DNA of 64,000 bases, taken from NCBI RefSeq assembly GCF_006345805.1, contig NC_043002.1, forward strand, positions 94,922,001 to 94,986,000. The letters run 5' to 3'. Shown here piece by piece: positions 12,480 to 24,816 of the stretch. Within the stretch, counting starts at the first letter, position 1. The number at the start of each line of letters is the position of its first letter. The DNA comes from Octopus sinensis (taxonomy: Eukaryota). Under the pieces are notes generated by a model. The model saw only the letters and a program-made list of their open reading frames with translations, was not told the DNA's origin and searched no databases. Both the position numbers and the translations under genes were made by a program.

Positions 12480-13200
12480 TGCACACTAGAAGCAGGACCT
12501 ACTAGCTGTGTACACCAAGAGCAGTGCTCACCAGCTGTGTACATTGGGAGTAGGGCCCGCCAGCCGTGTTCATCAGGAGCAGGGCCCACCAGCCGTGTAC
12601 ACCGGGAGCAGGACCTGCCAGCCATGTACATCGGGAGCAGGGCCTGCCAGCCGTGTACATCGGGAGCAGGGCCCGCCAGCCGTGTACATCGGGAGCAGGG
12701 CCCGCCAGCCGTGTACATCGGGAGCAGGGCCCGCCAGCCGTGTACATCGGGAGCAGGGCCCGCCAGCCGTGTACATCGGGAGCAGGGCCCGCCAGCCGTG
12801 TACATCGGGAGCAGGGCCCGCCAGACGTGTACATCGGGAGCAGGGCCCGCCAGCCGTGTACATCGGGAGCAGGGCCCGCCAGCCGTGTACATCGGGAGCA
12901 GGGCCCGCCAGCCATGTACATCGGGAGCAGGGCCCGCCAGCCATGTACATCGGGAGCAGGGCCCGCCAGCCGTGTACATCGGGAGCAGGGCCCGCCAGCC
13001 GTGTACATCGGGAGCAGGGCCCGCCAGCCGTGTACATCGGGAGCAGGGCCCGCCAGCCATGTACATCGGGTGAAGGGCCCACTAGCCATGTACATCGGGT
13101 GAAGGGCCCACTAGCCATGTACACTGGGCAAGGGACCCGCCAGCCATGTACACTGGGAGCAGGGACCACTTGTTGTGTACATACACTAAGTGTAGGGCCC
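12480..13200. repeat. GC-rich 29-bp minisatellite (gggagcagggcccgccagccgtgtacatc)n, about 20 copies
   Basis: Near-identical central units with degenerate flanks; produces 29-aa periodic ORFs in all six frames. Confidence 0.95.
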
Positions 13201-13729
13201 ACCACCCGTGTATATCTTATCGGTCTACATGTGAATGGAACAGTCACATCAGTAACTTTCTGTGCATAACGTTGAAGATCAATGGAAACCAGATATGAGA
13301 AACTTGGCCAAGAGTTTGTTTGCAACGTGGTTAAAAGTCTTACTAGTGCCAGGAAATGATAATGAGTTCTCTGAAGAACTCAGGTGTGCAATACACTGAT
13401 GTATGACATACTGGTTGTAAGCAAGTAATGGAAGATACTCTGGTTTTTGTTGTTGTTGTTTAGTCCCAGGTAAGCCCTGATCGAACAGACCTATAATAAA
13501 AGCATTCCAGTCATGACTATTTGAACTTTTCATAACTCTAGAACTACTTTGCTCAATATGTCCTTTCTTTTATAAGACAGCAGTGTATGATTATCAGAAA
13601 TTGGGCAGCTATTTCTAGCAGGTTGAGTGGCTAAGTAAAAGCTTAAGTTGATAAAGAAGTTGATTGTTTATTATTGTCTCCATCACTTATGAAAATGGGA
13701 GACATTAAAGCAGAACTATACATATGACT

Positions 13730-14592
13730 CTTTCCAAGGCCTCCAAGACCAGTGGGAAGAAGTGAGGAAATATTCTCAACAGAGTGAGCTCCACTACAGA
13801 TTTTTAAAGGCTAAGTGAGCTCTATTGAAGACCGATCTCAAAATGCTGAGCCTTACAAAAGAGACGACAGAGGATCAAGATTTGTGGTGCATTGTTGTAC
13901 TCAAGAAGTCTCACCTACTACAACAGAATTGAGATCCTAATATCAAGGTGTCACATAAAAAGTATTGGTGTGGGTGCTACAATAAAAAGCATTGGTGATG
14001 GTATTATGTAAAAAGCACCCAGTACATTCTTATTTCTTTACTGCCCACAAGGGATTACACACAGAGGGGACAAACAAGGACTAATGGATTAAGTCGATTA
14101 TATCGATCCCAGTGCGTAACTGGTACTTATTTAATCGACCCCGAAAGGATGAAAGGCAAAGTTGACCTCAGCAGACGGAATACCTATTTCCTTACTACCC
14201 ACAAGGGGCTAAACACAGAGAGGACAAACAAGGACAGACAAATGGATTAAGTCGATTATATCGACCCCACTGTGTAATTGGTACTTATTTAATCGACCCC
14301 GAAAGGATGAAAGGCAAAGTCGACCTCGGCGGAATTTGAACTCAGAACGTAACGGCAGATGAAATACTGCTAAGCATTTCGCATGGCGTGCTAACGTTTC
14401 TGCCAGCTCACCGCCTTTGAACCCAGTACATTCTGTGTAGTGGTTGGTGTTAGGAAAGGCATCCAGCTGTCAAAACCAAGTCAAAACAGACTATGGCACC
14501 TGATGCAGCTGCTGTCCTTGTCAGCTCCTGTGAAACTATCCAACCCATGCCAGCATAGAAAACGGACAGTAGATGTTGATTATGACGATGAT
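13730..14592 (+). mobile_element. Degraded RTE LINE 3' end interrupted by SINE A copies
   Basis: gaagaccgatctcaaaatgctgagccttacaaaagagacgacagaggatc resembles the end of ORF 45323-46294; 3' UTR and (GAT)n tail at 14440-14592. Confidence 0.7.
14031..14420 (-). mobile_element. Tandem or nested SINE A pair with 14-bp TSD
   Basis: Truncated copy at 14031-14183 plus full copy at 14184-14418; TSD acccagtacattct at 14017-14030 and 14421-14434. Confidence 0.88.
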
Positions 14593-16158
14593 GTATGAAA
14601 TGGAGCTGGAAGTTCTTTAATTACAACAACAAAATTTTTGTTTTTATTTCTCCAAAAAGTTCAGTTCTCCAGTGACCCACGGAATACAAACTTATCTAAA
14701 ACTGTGGACTTTATTAAAGTATTTTTGTAAGAAAAAAATCACCTCTACTAACTGCATATGAAACCTGGTTTTTATGATATCTGCCAACAACTGTTGTTTC
14801 ACCCAAATCTGCTCTCATCTAAGACATTCAAGTGTCTTTGTATGAAGATAATGGAGTATGATTTTAAGATCTGGTTGCTCTTTCTAGTTGGTTGAGCAAC
14901 CTGATAGGTATTGAACCAATAAGTAACGTATACAGTATATAGAATCTAATGGTAAACAGGTTGTACATTGTGACAATGTAAAAATGTGTCACTTGTATCA
15001 TGTTAACATGATAGTCATACAATATTGAGATACCTGAAATTTTATCCTCCATAGTCCATTTCCCAATTGGATTTCTTCAGAATTGACACCTTTTCAGAAG
15101 ACAACACTTCCATTTGTTTTCTTCCTAGTTTTCAGTTAGTTGTGATGTAACACCTATTTTTTCTCATTTTTTTTTTTGGCATTACTATTTTTGATTTGAA
15201 TTCACTAATGTTCTTTTGCATTTTACACAGAGAATATAATTACTTTGACATAAATTTAGGTATTATTTTTTGTTTTTTTATGTGACCACCCAATTAGTAT
15301 TTCTGTGCTGGAATCTGATGAATCTGTCAAAAATTAAAACTTGTTTTAAAAAAAAAAATCTACAATGAAGAAAATACCTGAAAAATATCTGAAGAAATTA
15401 GAAAGCTATCATGTAGTATAGTCTATTAACATCCTAAGCAACTTTGTTCTGTTTAATTTCCTAATTAAGTCTTAATCCTTGTAAACTTCAAAATTAGATT
15501 TACTTTATCCTTCATTTTGTTTGTTTTTGTTTAGACTCACTATGTGTTTGCCATGCTTTAAGTAAAATCTTCAGATTTGCTATTTGTTAGCTAGCTGGAG
15601 ACAGGATGTTGTTTGAGTTAATAGCCTTAATGACAGACATGTGCAAAGAAAACAAAAATTAATATATGCTGATATATTTCCATTTAATTGAATCTTGTCT
15701 TGAGGATACAGTGTTTTCATTTTATATCCCCTGTAAATTGAATTGCTTACAATAGACCATGAAATAATGACTCAACTCATTTTAATTTTCACCAAAACTT
15801 ATGACAATTCTTTTTTTTTGTGTGCGTTTTTGATACATTTTCTTTTTTGCTTGTTGCTGATTAATTCATTTTAGAATTCTGAGACAAATCATCAGTATGA
15901 AGATTTTGGTTATACTACTGGAGGTGCCTATGTTATTATCTTGTAGACATGGGATGATTTGAACCTAGATGTTCAAGCTGATAAAATACTCATCCATTTA
16001 TTAGTCTCTTCTCTGTAGTCTGTAACTTTCCTCTAGATGAACAAATGCAGTGATCTTGTTTGAAATATGAACCTGTGGCTGCTGATCAATTTTTATTCTT
16101 ATACTAGTTCATGGTACGCTGCTACTTAGTCATTAAGAATAGGATGTTCTCATGTTAT

Positions 16159-16385
16159 TTAACCCTTTAGTGTTTAAACCGGCCAAATCCAGCCCAATAT
16201 ATTCTACATGTTTTATATTCAAACTGACGATATCTAGCCTCTCACTCCTAACCTACAATGCCATTCTGAAATTAAGCAATCACATCATTGAAACCTCAAA
16301 GCTATAAGATAATGCATGATTAATTCAAAACAATTTGAGTGAAAAAGTATTACATTTAACAGAGTATTCTGAACACTAAAGTAAA
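16159..16385 (-). mobile_element. MITE family F
   Basis: Starts ttaaccctttagtgtttaaaccggcc; reverse complement of the 63090 copy. Confidence 0.7.
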
Positions 16386-17279
16386 TGACTAACAAGTAAA
16401 TGACTAACAAAATGGCCTACATAATGACATTGGGAAATATCCCAAAGATGTCTTCTGCTTGAGAGAAATACAGCGAAGTGCAGGTTAAAATATTTAGTGT
16501 AATAAATCAAAAAGAGTAATCATTTGAAAGTACAAATTTTGAAGTGAACTAATCAATGAATAATTTTTACACCAAAGCTATGAATCCAATGGGATATTCA
16601 AGCCAATATTTAAGATATTTTCTCAACTTTGACATTTACATAAAAACTAAGTCTACTTTAAATTTATTCTTAATCTGTTGGCTATGTGCTAGACAGTACT
16701 TCATAGAGGAGGTCTGATAAGACTAAAACATGTCCAGAGTTGTCACTGTACTTACCATTTTAAATTCTTGAGTTTTCTTGCCAAGAATTGTCACTAACAC
16801 TATTGATGTCTCTTTTCAATATGGCTGTAATTTCAATTAATTTAACTTCTCCTTGTGTCACTACCTTAAGTATATTAACCTGTACTTAACTATAAGACAT
16901 ATGTAGTGTGATTCTATCAATTGCCCAGTAACTACCCCTGGATAATCTACTGCATTCTCAGCTTTCATTTCTTTAATATTCATATTAAGTGAATAGAGTG
17001 TAGCTTAGTGTTTAGGATGTTGCACTTGTGATCATGGTTTTTATTCCCAGAACAAGCAGTGTTTTGTATTCATGAGCAAAACACTTCGTTTTTCATTGCC
17101 TCAGTTCACTCAGCTGTATCTAGGTAGCACTGCAATGGACTGGCAATCTGTGACCTTGGCCACCTATGTATCATGGTAACCAGGTAACCAGTTCTATGGG
17201 TCCTAAAACTCAAAGCAGTACTTACATACTAATTACACAAATGCTAACTTGGAAAGCTAGATCCTATTTTGATCCCATT

Positions 17280-17506
17280 TTAACATTTTAGCATTCAGAT
17301 TACTTTGTCAAATATAATACCTATTTATTCACCCTGTTTTGAATTAATCTTGTATTATCTCATATGTTTGTGATTTTGGTGATATGATTGTATATTTTTA
17401 AAATGACATTATATGGTAGGTGTAAGAGGCTGGCTCTTTACAGTCCAACCCTAAAACAGGTAGAATAAGTGGGATGGATATGGCTGGTTTAAATGCTATA
17501 GGGTTA
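17280..17506 (+). mobile_element. MITE family F (another copy at about 17770-17988)
   Basis: tttagcattcagattact...aaatgctatagggttaa. Confidence 0.7.
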
Positions 17507-18278
17507 ATGTAGTCATTCACAACCTTGCTCACACTTATCTATGTGTCATAACCAATTGTTTAGTTAGTTACCTGTGTGTCACTTATTTCATTAATCAGAG
17601 CTGACCTGGAACTAAGCAAACAATGTTTCATTGTCGCACAGTCATGTTTTACTGTTGTTCCAGTAAAATAAGGGTTCTCATTTGTTTTCTTATTATTTTC
17701 ATTTTTATGAACCACTTCAACTTACAGTCAAGGAAATTAAACCAAATTTAATTAACTCTTTCACATAATCTTTTAACAGATTTCTTTGTCAAAATGTATT
17801 GCTTATATAGTCACATTGTTTTGAACTAATCATGAATTATCTTGTAGCTTCAAGATTTCAGTGGTGTGTCTGTATATTTTTAGAATAGCATTGTTGGATA
17901 GGCGTGAGAGGTTGGACACGGCTGGTTTGAACATAAAACAGGCAGATTATTTGGGATAAATATAACTGGATTAAATGCTAAAAGGTTAAACATAAAAAAA
18001 TGCAACTTAACAAGAAACAATTAGAATAAGAAAATATATGAACACACAGTGACGTACCTTAATGTTCAATACTCCTGTGATATGTGCTTGAGGTTTTTTT
18101 TTATGATGGACCACTAGTGATCCAAGAGTCAACAGTGGAGAACTGACTTAAAACAAAGGCAGCTGTATATGGGGGTAACATTTTTCTCCAGTTACTCCCA
18201 CATTTACACCAACTTTTTTTTCATACGATTTACTTTACCTCATGATTCTCATTGTTACAACAGCAGAGAACATTACCC

Positions 18279-18663
18279 TTTTACTTGTTTCAGTCATTTG
18301 ACTGCGGCCATGCTGGAGCACTGCTTTTAGTCGAATCAAATCGACCCCAGGACTTATTCTTTGTAAGCCTAGTACTTATTCTATTGGTTCTCTTTTGCCA
18401 AACTGCTAAGTGACGGGGACATAAACACACCAGCATCGGTTGTCAAGCGATGTTGGGGGGGACAAACACAGACACACAAACATACACACACATACATATA
18501 CATGACGGGCTTCTTTCAGTTTCCATCAACTAAATCCACTCACAAGGCTTTGGTTGGCCCAAGGCTATAGTAGAAGACACTTGCCCAAGGTGCCACACAG
18601 TGGGACTGAACCCGGAACCATGTGGTTGGTAAGCAAGCTACTTACCACACAGCCACTCCTGCA
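18279..18663 (-). mobile_element. SINE family B, full length
   Basis: Reverse complement of 28383-28773, including the tRNA-like head and the gactgaaacaagtaaaa tail. Confidence 0.88.
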
Positions 18664-19569
18664 TCCATTCTACAATTAATTTCTTTCTTGGTTTGGTATA
18701 TCTGATGTTTTAACTTCACAATATTATTCCAGGTTATCCATATTTTTGGTTGATAATGTCAGGGCTAGTTTGTGTCAACATGAGTGAACTATGATAAATT
18801 CAATCTTAAGCTTTTAGTTGAATGAGATTATCTTTCAATAGGACTTGAGTAGATAGTACTGGGATAAATTTCGGTAAAGCTTCTTATCTACATTCTGATA
18901 AAGCAGCTGGCAAAGAATCTATTGAAACATCTCAATTGAATCCTGTTTCAAATCAAAGCATTGCTTAGGCTGCTGCTTTCATGCAGTAATTTAGTTAGTT
19001 GTCACGTAATCTGCTTTTATTCTAAGTTTCATTCATCTATTCCACCTGATACTAATGCTAAGATCTTAATCAGGATGACTTTGGTAATTTCAAAGAACAA
19101 TAGATTCTAGCATAGGTGATGAACATTCTAGAATATCATAACAGCATGCAATATATTTTCAAAGGCATCACAGTATTTAAATGTTCTCTTCTTTATTCAC
19201 ATTTTAATTGCAGTCTCATGTTCATTTAGAAAATTTCAAATTCATTCATAACTGCTAATAAATTTACACACATTCTTTCTAATTTTGCCACAAGGCCAGC
19301 AGTTCTGAGGTGAGAGGGAAGTTGATTACATTGACCCCTGTGTTCAGCCGGTACTTATTTTATCAACCCTGAAAGGATGAAAAGTGAAGTCTATCTCAGC
19401 TGCATTTGAACTCAGAAGATGAAGAGCTGGAATTTAAAAATTCTGCAACAAAAGACAAGTTATCAGTACCCAAGTATTCTTAAGATTGACCAATCACAAG
19501 TTCTAGTAATGTCTTACCAAGGATAGAATGGTAGTCAAATGATGGAAATGGAAAATGTGCTAGTAAACA

Positions 19570-19850
19570 CCATCATCATAGTTATTTAACATCTACTTTC
19601 TATGCTGGCATGAGTTAGACACTATCCAGATTCCAACTGTCTGTTGTGGCATGGTTTCTACAGTTGATGCCCTTCCTAATGCCAACCACTTAATAGAGTG
19701 TGCTGGGTGCTTTATAAATGCCACCAGCACAGGTGTGGTTTATGCAGCGCCAGCATGAGTGCATTTACACAGCATTGTTATGGGTGTGTTAATTTAGCAC
19801 CAACATAGGTGCTTCTAAAGTGGCACTAGTACCTGAAAGGACAAGCTTGT
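19570..19850 (-). mobile_element. RTE LINE 3' UTR fragment
   Basis: gatgcccttcctaatgccaaccac motif and (cat)n tail. Confidence 0.7.
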
Positions 19851-19884
19851 ATGTGTAAAAGACAGTGATTTTACTTATTTCGAC

Positions 19885-20160
19885 ATAGTCATAAGGGCCG
19901 GTTTCCCGGTTTCCTTGGCATATAGGTTCCCCGCTTGGATGGGATGCCGTCCGTTGCAGATGAGCTGCAAGATGCAGGAAGAAAGAGTGAGTGAAAGTTG
20001 TGGCAAAAGAGTCAGCAAAAATTCGCCATTACCTTCTGCCAGAGCTGTGTGGAGCTTAGGTGTTTCGTTCATAAACACACACATTGCCCGGTCTGAGATT
20101 CGAACCCGCAATCCCTTGACCGCGAGTCCGCTGCTCTAACCACTAGGCCTTGTGCCTCCA
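19885..20160 (-). mobile_element. SINE family C
   Basis: Reverse complement of 5808-6080. Confidence 0.85.
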
Positions 20161-20172
20161 CTGATACTGATG

Positions 20173-20470
20173 TGAAGGCACATGGCTTTGTGGTTAGGAT
20201 ATTCGTCTTGAGTTTGATTCCTGGCAGCATGTTGTGTCCTTGAGCAAGACACTTTATTTCACATTGTTCCAGTCCACTCAGCTGGCAAAAATGAGTTGTA
20301 CCTGTATTCCAAAGGTCCAGCCTTGTCACACTGTCATGCTGGATCTCCCTGTGAACTACGTTTAAGGGTACACGTGCCTGCGCAGTGATCAGCACATTAA
20401 TTTCATGAGCAGGCTGTTCTATTCATTGGATCAACTGGAACCCTTGTCGTTGTAACTGATGCAGTGCTAG
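20173..20470 (+). mobile_element. tRNA-derived SINE family D
   Basis: gaaggcacatggctttgtggttagg head; tgtccttgagcaagacactttatttcac core shared with the 56531 copy. Confidence 0.75.
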
Positions 20471-20539
20471 TTATTGAAACTGATACTATAGGGTGGTCCT
20501 AGAGTCTTGTTACCCTCTACCAAAAAGTACTAAGAACAA

Positions 20540-20798
20540 TAGAGGAAGAATATAATATCAAACACACGTACTGGCTTTAGTATATTCACTTTCATTGACA
20601 CTGACACACATTGAGAAGGTCTGTATCAACATCATCATTATCGTGGCACAAAATGATGCTGCACCACGTCCTGTGTGATATTTTCCGAAGCTGTTGGTGT
20701 TCATACAGATCTTCTCGATGTGTGACAGTGTCAGTGTCATTGAAAGTGAATATACTAAAGCCAGTACATGTGTTTGATATTATTATATTGTTCCTCTA
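20540..20798. mobile_element. Palindromic MITE (about 95-bp arms), TA-flanked
   Basis: TA-GAGG...CCTC-TA; tcaaacacacgtactggctttagtatattcactttca pairs with tgaaagtgaatatactaaagccagtacatgtgtttga. Confidence 0.8.
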
Positions 20799-20967
20799 GG
20801 CATAGAAGTGGCTGTGTGGTAAGTAGCTTGCTTAGGAACCACATGGTTCTGGGTTCAGCCCCACTGTGTGGCACCTTGGGCAAGTGTCTTCTACTATAGC
20901 CTCGGGCCGACCAAAGCCTTGTGAGTGGATTTGGTAGACAGAAACTGAAAGAAGCCCGTTGTATATA

Positions 20968-20998
<31 letters not shown>

Positions 20999-21213
20999 GT
21001 GTGTGTATGTTTGTGTGTCTGTGTTTGTCCCCACCAACATTGCTTAACAACTGATGCTGGTGTGTTTACATCCCTGTCACTTAGCGGTTCAGCAAAAGAG
21101 ACCGATAGAATAAGTAGTGGGCTTACAAAGAATAAGTCCTGGGGTCGATTTGCTTAACTAAAGGCAGTGCTCCAGCATGGCCACAGTCAGATGACTAAAA
21201 CAAGTAAAAGAGT
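20799..21213 (+). mobile_element. SINE family B, full length
   Basis: tRNA-like head (gtggctgtgtggtaag...gggttcagccc), internal microsatellite, LINE-like tail. Confidence 0.88.
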
Positions 21214-21920
21214 ATAGCTTTTTTTTTACTTTTCAGTAGGGGGTACCACCCTGTAGTAGCCCAGTTATTTTTTTGTTTTAATTTAACCTTGCTGTTTAAC
21301 CCTTTAGTATTCATTGTGACTCTCAAATGTAATGCTTATCTATTCCCATTGTTTTGAATTAATCATTCATTATCTTGTAACTACAGTAATTTAGCTACAG
21401 TATTTCAATGATGTTATTGTCTATTTTTAAAATAACATTGTAGGCTTGATGTGAGAAGCCAGATCTGATTAGTTTTAGCATATAACATGTAGAATATTTG
21501 GGCCAGAGATTACTCGTATAAATACTGCAGGATTAACATTTTTGGTGTTAGCTTCTTTCCATCGGTTCAGATGCAGGCAGAGGTAATAACATAAATTTTA
21601 ACATATCTGCATATCTCTCTCTCTCTCTCTCACACTCACACACACACACACACACACGTGGATATACATACTTGCTGTCATGAATATGGGTTCAGTGACT
21701 GATATAGATACACGCAAAGTACAGATCAATTCATATTCAAACACATTCATATTAGATATACATAAAAATGAAAAGAGTTGGATGAAAATTTAAAATTCAA
21801 ATTAGTGAAACAAAGCCTTTTAACGTGAATCACATAGAACTTAAGGGCAATATCAATTTCTTTCTGCATATCAATATATATATATATGTATGTAATTTAT
21901 ATATATATATACATGTAATT

Positions 21921-21958
<38 letters not shown>

Positions 21959-21961
<3 letters not shown>

Positions 21962-22080
21962 CCGAAATTGCGAGGATGATCCGGTTCTTGACTGAAGATT
22001 GAAGGCTTCGAATGTCCTGTCCGTGTTTTTTGTATCGTCTTCTAAATGTTTTGCGTTCTTGTCTCAGTTTGTATTTTTTC
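21959..22080 (+). mobile_element. Truncated copy of the 44.6-45.1 kb non-coding element with a partial permuted hammerhead
   Basis: cagccGAAAttgcgaggatgatccggttcttgaCTGAAGA aligns with 44813-44852; flanked by (TA)n on both sides. Confidence 0.75.
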
Positions 22081-22106
22081 ATATATATATATATATATAT
22101 ATATAT

Positions 22107-22969
22107 CATCACAATCAAGGAACGGCCATAATAGGCCATTCACCCACTAGAAATAACAGCCAAAGCTTCAACCGCAAAATAACATTAATTCCGTAAACCA
22201 GGAGAAAATTAAAAAACATTTACCCTGTAATTTCATCTACTGTTTAATGGTAAACTAACCTGATTAAATTAAATCAAGCCAATCTTCCATAGGCCCTTAG
22301 ATTCGTCAGTAAGAAATAGCCAGATCGGAACAGATATTTTCACGAGGCATTTCTGTCCCTGCCTCGGCAATATCTGACCTAAAATTTTCAAATCATCGCA
22401 CTCGCGCCAAATTTATCGGCAGCAAATAAATATAAGCCGCCGATTCCATTACGGAATTAACCAGAAAATTCATAATTAATCAATATAGGGTGGCAAAAAA
22501 TTTTGTAGAATTTTTTTGCCACCAGCGGCCTAGTGGGAAAAAATTAAATAGTCATAGACCATTTTTAAGTTCAACATCACAATCAAGGAACGGCCATAAT
22601 AGGCCATTCACCCACTAGAAATAACAGCCAAAGCTTCAACCGCAAAATAACATTAATTCCGTAAACCAGGAGAAAATTAAAAAACATTTACCCTGTAATT
22701 TCTTATACGATGCACCGTTTCATCTACTGTTTAATGGTAAACTAACCTGATTAAATTAAATCAAGCCAATCTTCCATAGGCCCTTAGATTCGTCAGTAAG
22801 AAATAGCCAGATCGGAACAGATATTTTCACGAGGCATTTCTGTCCCTGCCTCGGCAATATCTGACCTAAAATTTTCAAATCATCGCACTCGCGCCAAATT
22901 TATTGGCAGCAAATAAATATAAGCCGCCGATTCCATTACGGAATTAACCAGAAAATTCATAATTAATCA
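22107..22969 (-). mobile_element. Tandem ~487-nt hammerhead-bearing repeat (non-LTR retrozyme or Penelope pseudo-LTR-like), 1.8 units
   Basis: 22107-22482 and 22575-22969 are near-identical direct repeats (the first lacks 19 bp) with a 92-bp spacer; embedded in (TA)n. Confidence 0.8.
22698..22804 (-). ncRNA. Type I hammerhead ribozyme
   Basis: Minus strand: auuucuua-CUGACGA-aucua-[58 nt]-uagau-GAAA-cggug-caucg-UA-uaagaaau. Stem I is 8 bp perfect, stem II 5 bp, stem III near-palindromic; GUA cleavage triplet at 22708-22706. Confidence 0.88.
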
Positions 22970-23924
22970 TATATATAATTAATCATATATATATATATAT
23001 AATTGTAAATTTGAATGTATGTGTGTGTGTGTGTGTATCTTGTATTTTTATGTTTTTTCTTAAAACCATTTGGATCCTTCTTTTAAAGAAAGAGCAGCCT
23101 TCTAATCACAAAGAAATCGCTATCAATGGAATTTAGATACCAGCAATTGTGACAAATTACTTGTTGAGCTACAATGTATGTACATATATAGATATATATA
23201 TATATACCTAGACATATATATGTGTCTGTTTATTCATGCATTTATACATGTATACATGTCTGTATGTATGCATGTATGTATTTGTGTGTGTGTGTGTGCA
23301 TGTGCAAAAGAAGCTGCAGGTTCATTAAGGAATAGTTACTGATTTACTGAAAGTACGTCACTCTGTCAGTTATTCTGCTAGTTAACTGCAGGAAGTTGTC
23401 TTTCTTACTCACTGATGCAGCTGTACTGTCTATTATGAACTGCTACAGAATTAAAGAACAGGTGCACTAGAGCAGAAAATTTTTAGTAGCCACAAGTATA
23501 TGGACAAATGTTGCTGTGCTGCAGCCATTAGTGTGGAAGCAATAGCTACATTGGCTCAGATACATTTCTGGTTTCTACTGGAATGTGAAACCACATGTAC
23601 CTATTCTATTGCTTAACACAAACATCTATTTGGCATTCATTGACTAAATAGTGGGAACCAACGTTCTGTTAATGTTTTGTGCTTGATTTGGGCCATGTAT
23701 AACAATACATTATACACTGTTTGGGTGGTTTTATTGTTTTACTAATGGTTTTATTAGAGAATGAAAGGCAGTTCTCATGGCCCCTTCCAAGGTCTCTGAG
23801 ATGCATAAGAGGAAGACAGGAAGCTTTCCTTAGACCAGAGCTCCATGGTCTGAATGCTTACCCTAGAATGAGTGATAAACTGACTATTTGTGTTGGTTTT
23901 TGTGGGAAATGAATTATATTTTTT

Positions 23925-24665
23925 TTCTTGTTTCAGTCATTGAACTATAGCCATGCTGAGGCACCATCTCGGAGGATTCAGCTGAAGGAATCAATCTCAG
24001 TACTTTCTCTTTAAGCCTGGGATTTATTCTGGTTGTCTCTTTTGCCAAATTACTACGTTATAGGGACGTAAACAAACCTACATTTGTTAAGCAGTGACAA
24101 AGGCTCTCATACACACACACACCCCTCACCCCCCCTCACACACACCCCCCTCACCCCCCCTCACCCCCCCTCACACACACACCATCATCCTCACCATCAT
24201 CACCACCATCAACACCATCATTACCATCATTACCACCATCAACACCATCATTACCACCATCACCACCACCATCACCACCATCATCACCACCATCATCATC
24301 ATCACCACCATCATCATCATCACCACCATCATCATCATCACCATCATCACCATAATCAACATTTAATGCCTGTTTTACATGGTCACATGGGTCAGATGGC
24401 TTGGTAGGAACTGGCAAGGCCAGGAGTCTCACCAGATCCCATAGTCTGTTTTGGTTTGGTTTCTACAGCTGGATGCCCTTCTTAATGTCATCCACTTCAC
24501 AGAGTGTGCTGGTTGCTTTTTGTGTGGCGCCAGCACTCACACCAATGCTTCTCTACAGTTTCTGTCTTACGAATTCACTCACATTGATCAGTCAATGGCT
24601 CTGGGTACAGTTGAACTCAAAACCACATGGTTGCCACAAAAGTTTCTTAACCACATAGCCACGCC
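23925..24665 (-). mobile_element. Degraded SINE B with nested RTE tail whose tail expanded to (CAC/CAT)n at 24180-24360
   Basis: SINE B tail at 23925, head at about 24660; RTE motif ggatgcccttcttaatg at 24471. The poly-His ORF is the trinucleotide tail. Confidence 0.7.
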
Positions 24666-24816
24666 TGTACATATATGGGTAGATGTTTACGAAAACTTTT
24701 TCCCTTTTTCCACCTTTTGTCTTTTATTTAGTTTCAGTTTAACAATATTAAAATTAGGGATTTGTTATCCTTGGGAATTCTTGGGCTGATAACCTGTCTC
24801 TCACTGCAGAATTTGC

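Noticed and set aside
12540-13100. CRISPR-like 29-bp periodicity
   Set aside because: No unique spacers, no cas genes, eukaryotic context.
12450-13325. Six long overlapping ORFs
   Set aside because: They result from a stop-free 29-bp tandem unit; no domain similarity or splice evidence.
13262-13385. Protein-like frame VHNVEDQWKPDMRNLAKS...EELR ending at AG/GTGTGC
   Set aside because: In-frame stop just upstream, no good acceptor, no recognisable homology.
24084-24432. Poly-His and Asp/Gly-rich ORFs
   Set aside because: Expanded (CAT/CAC)n tail of an antisense RTE fragment.
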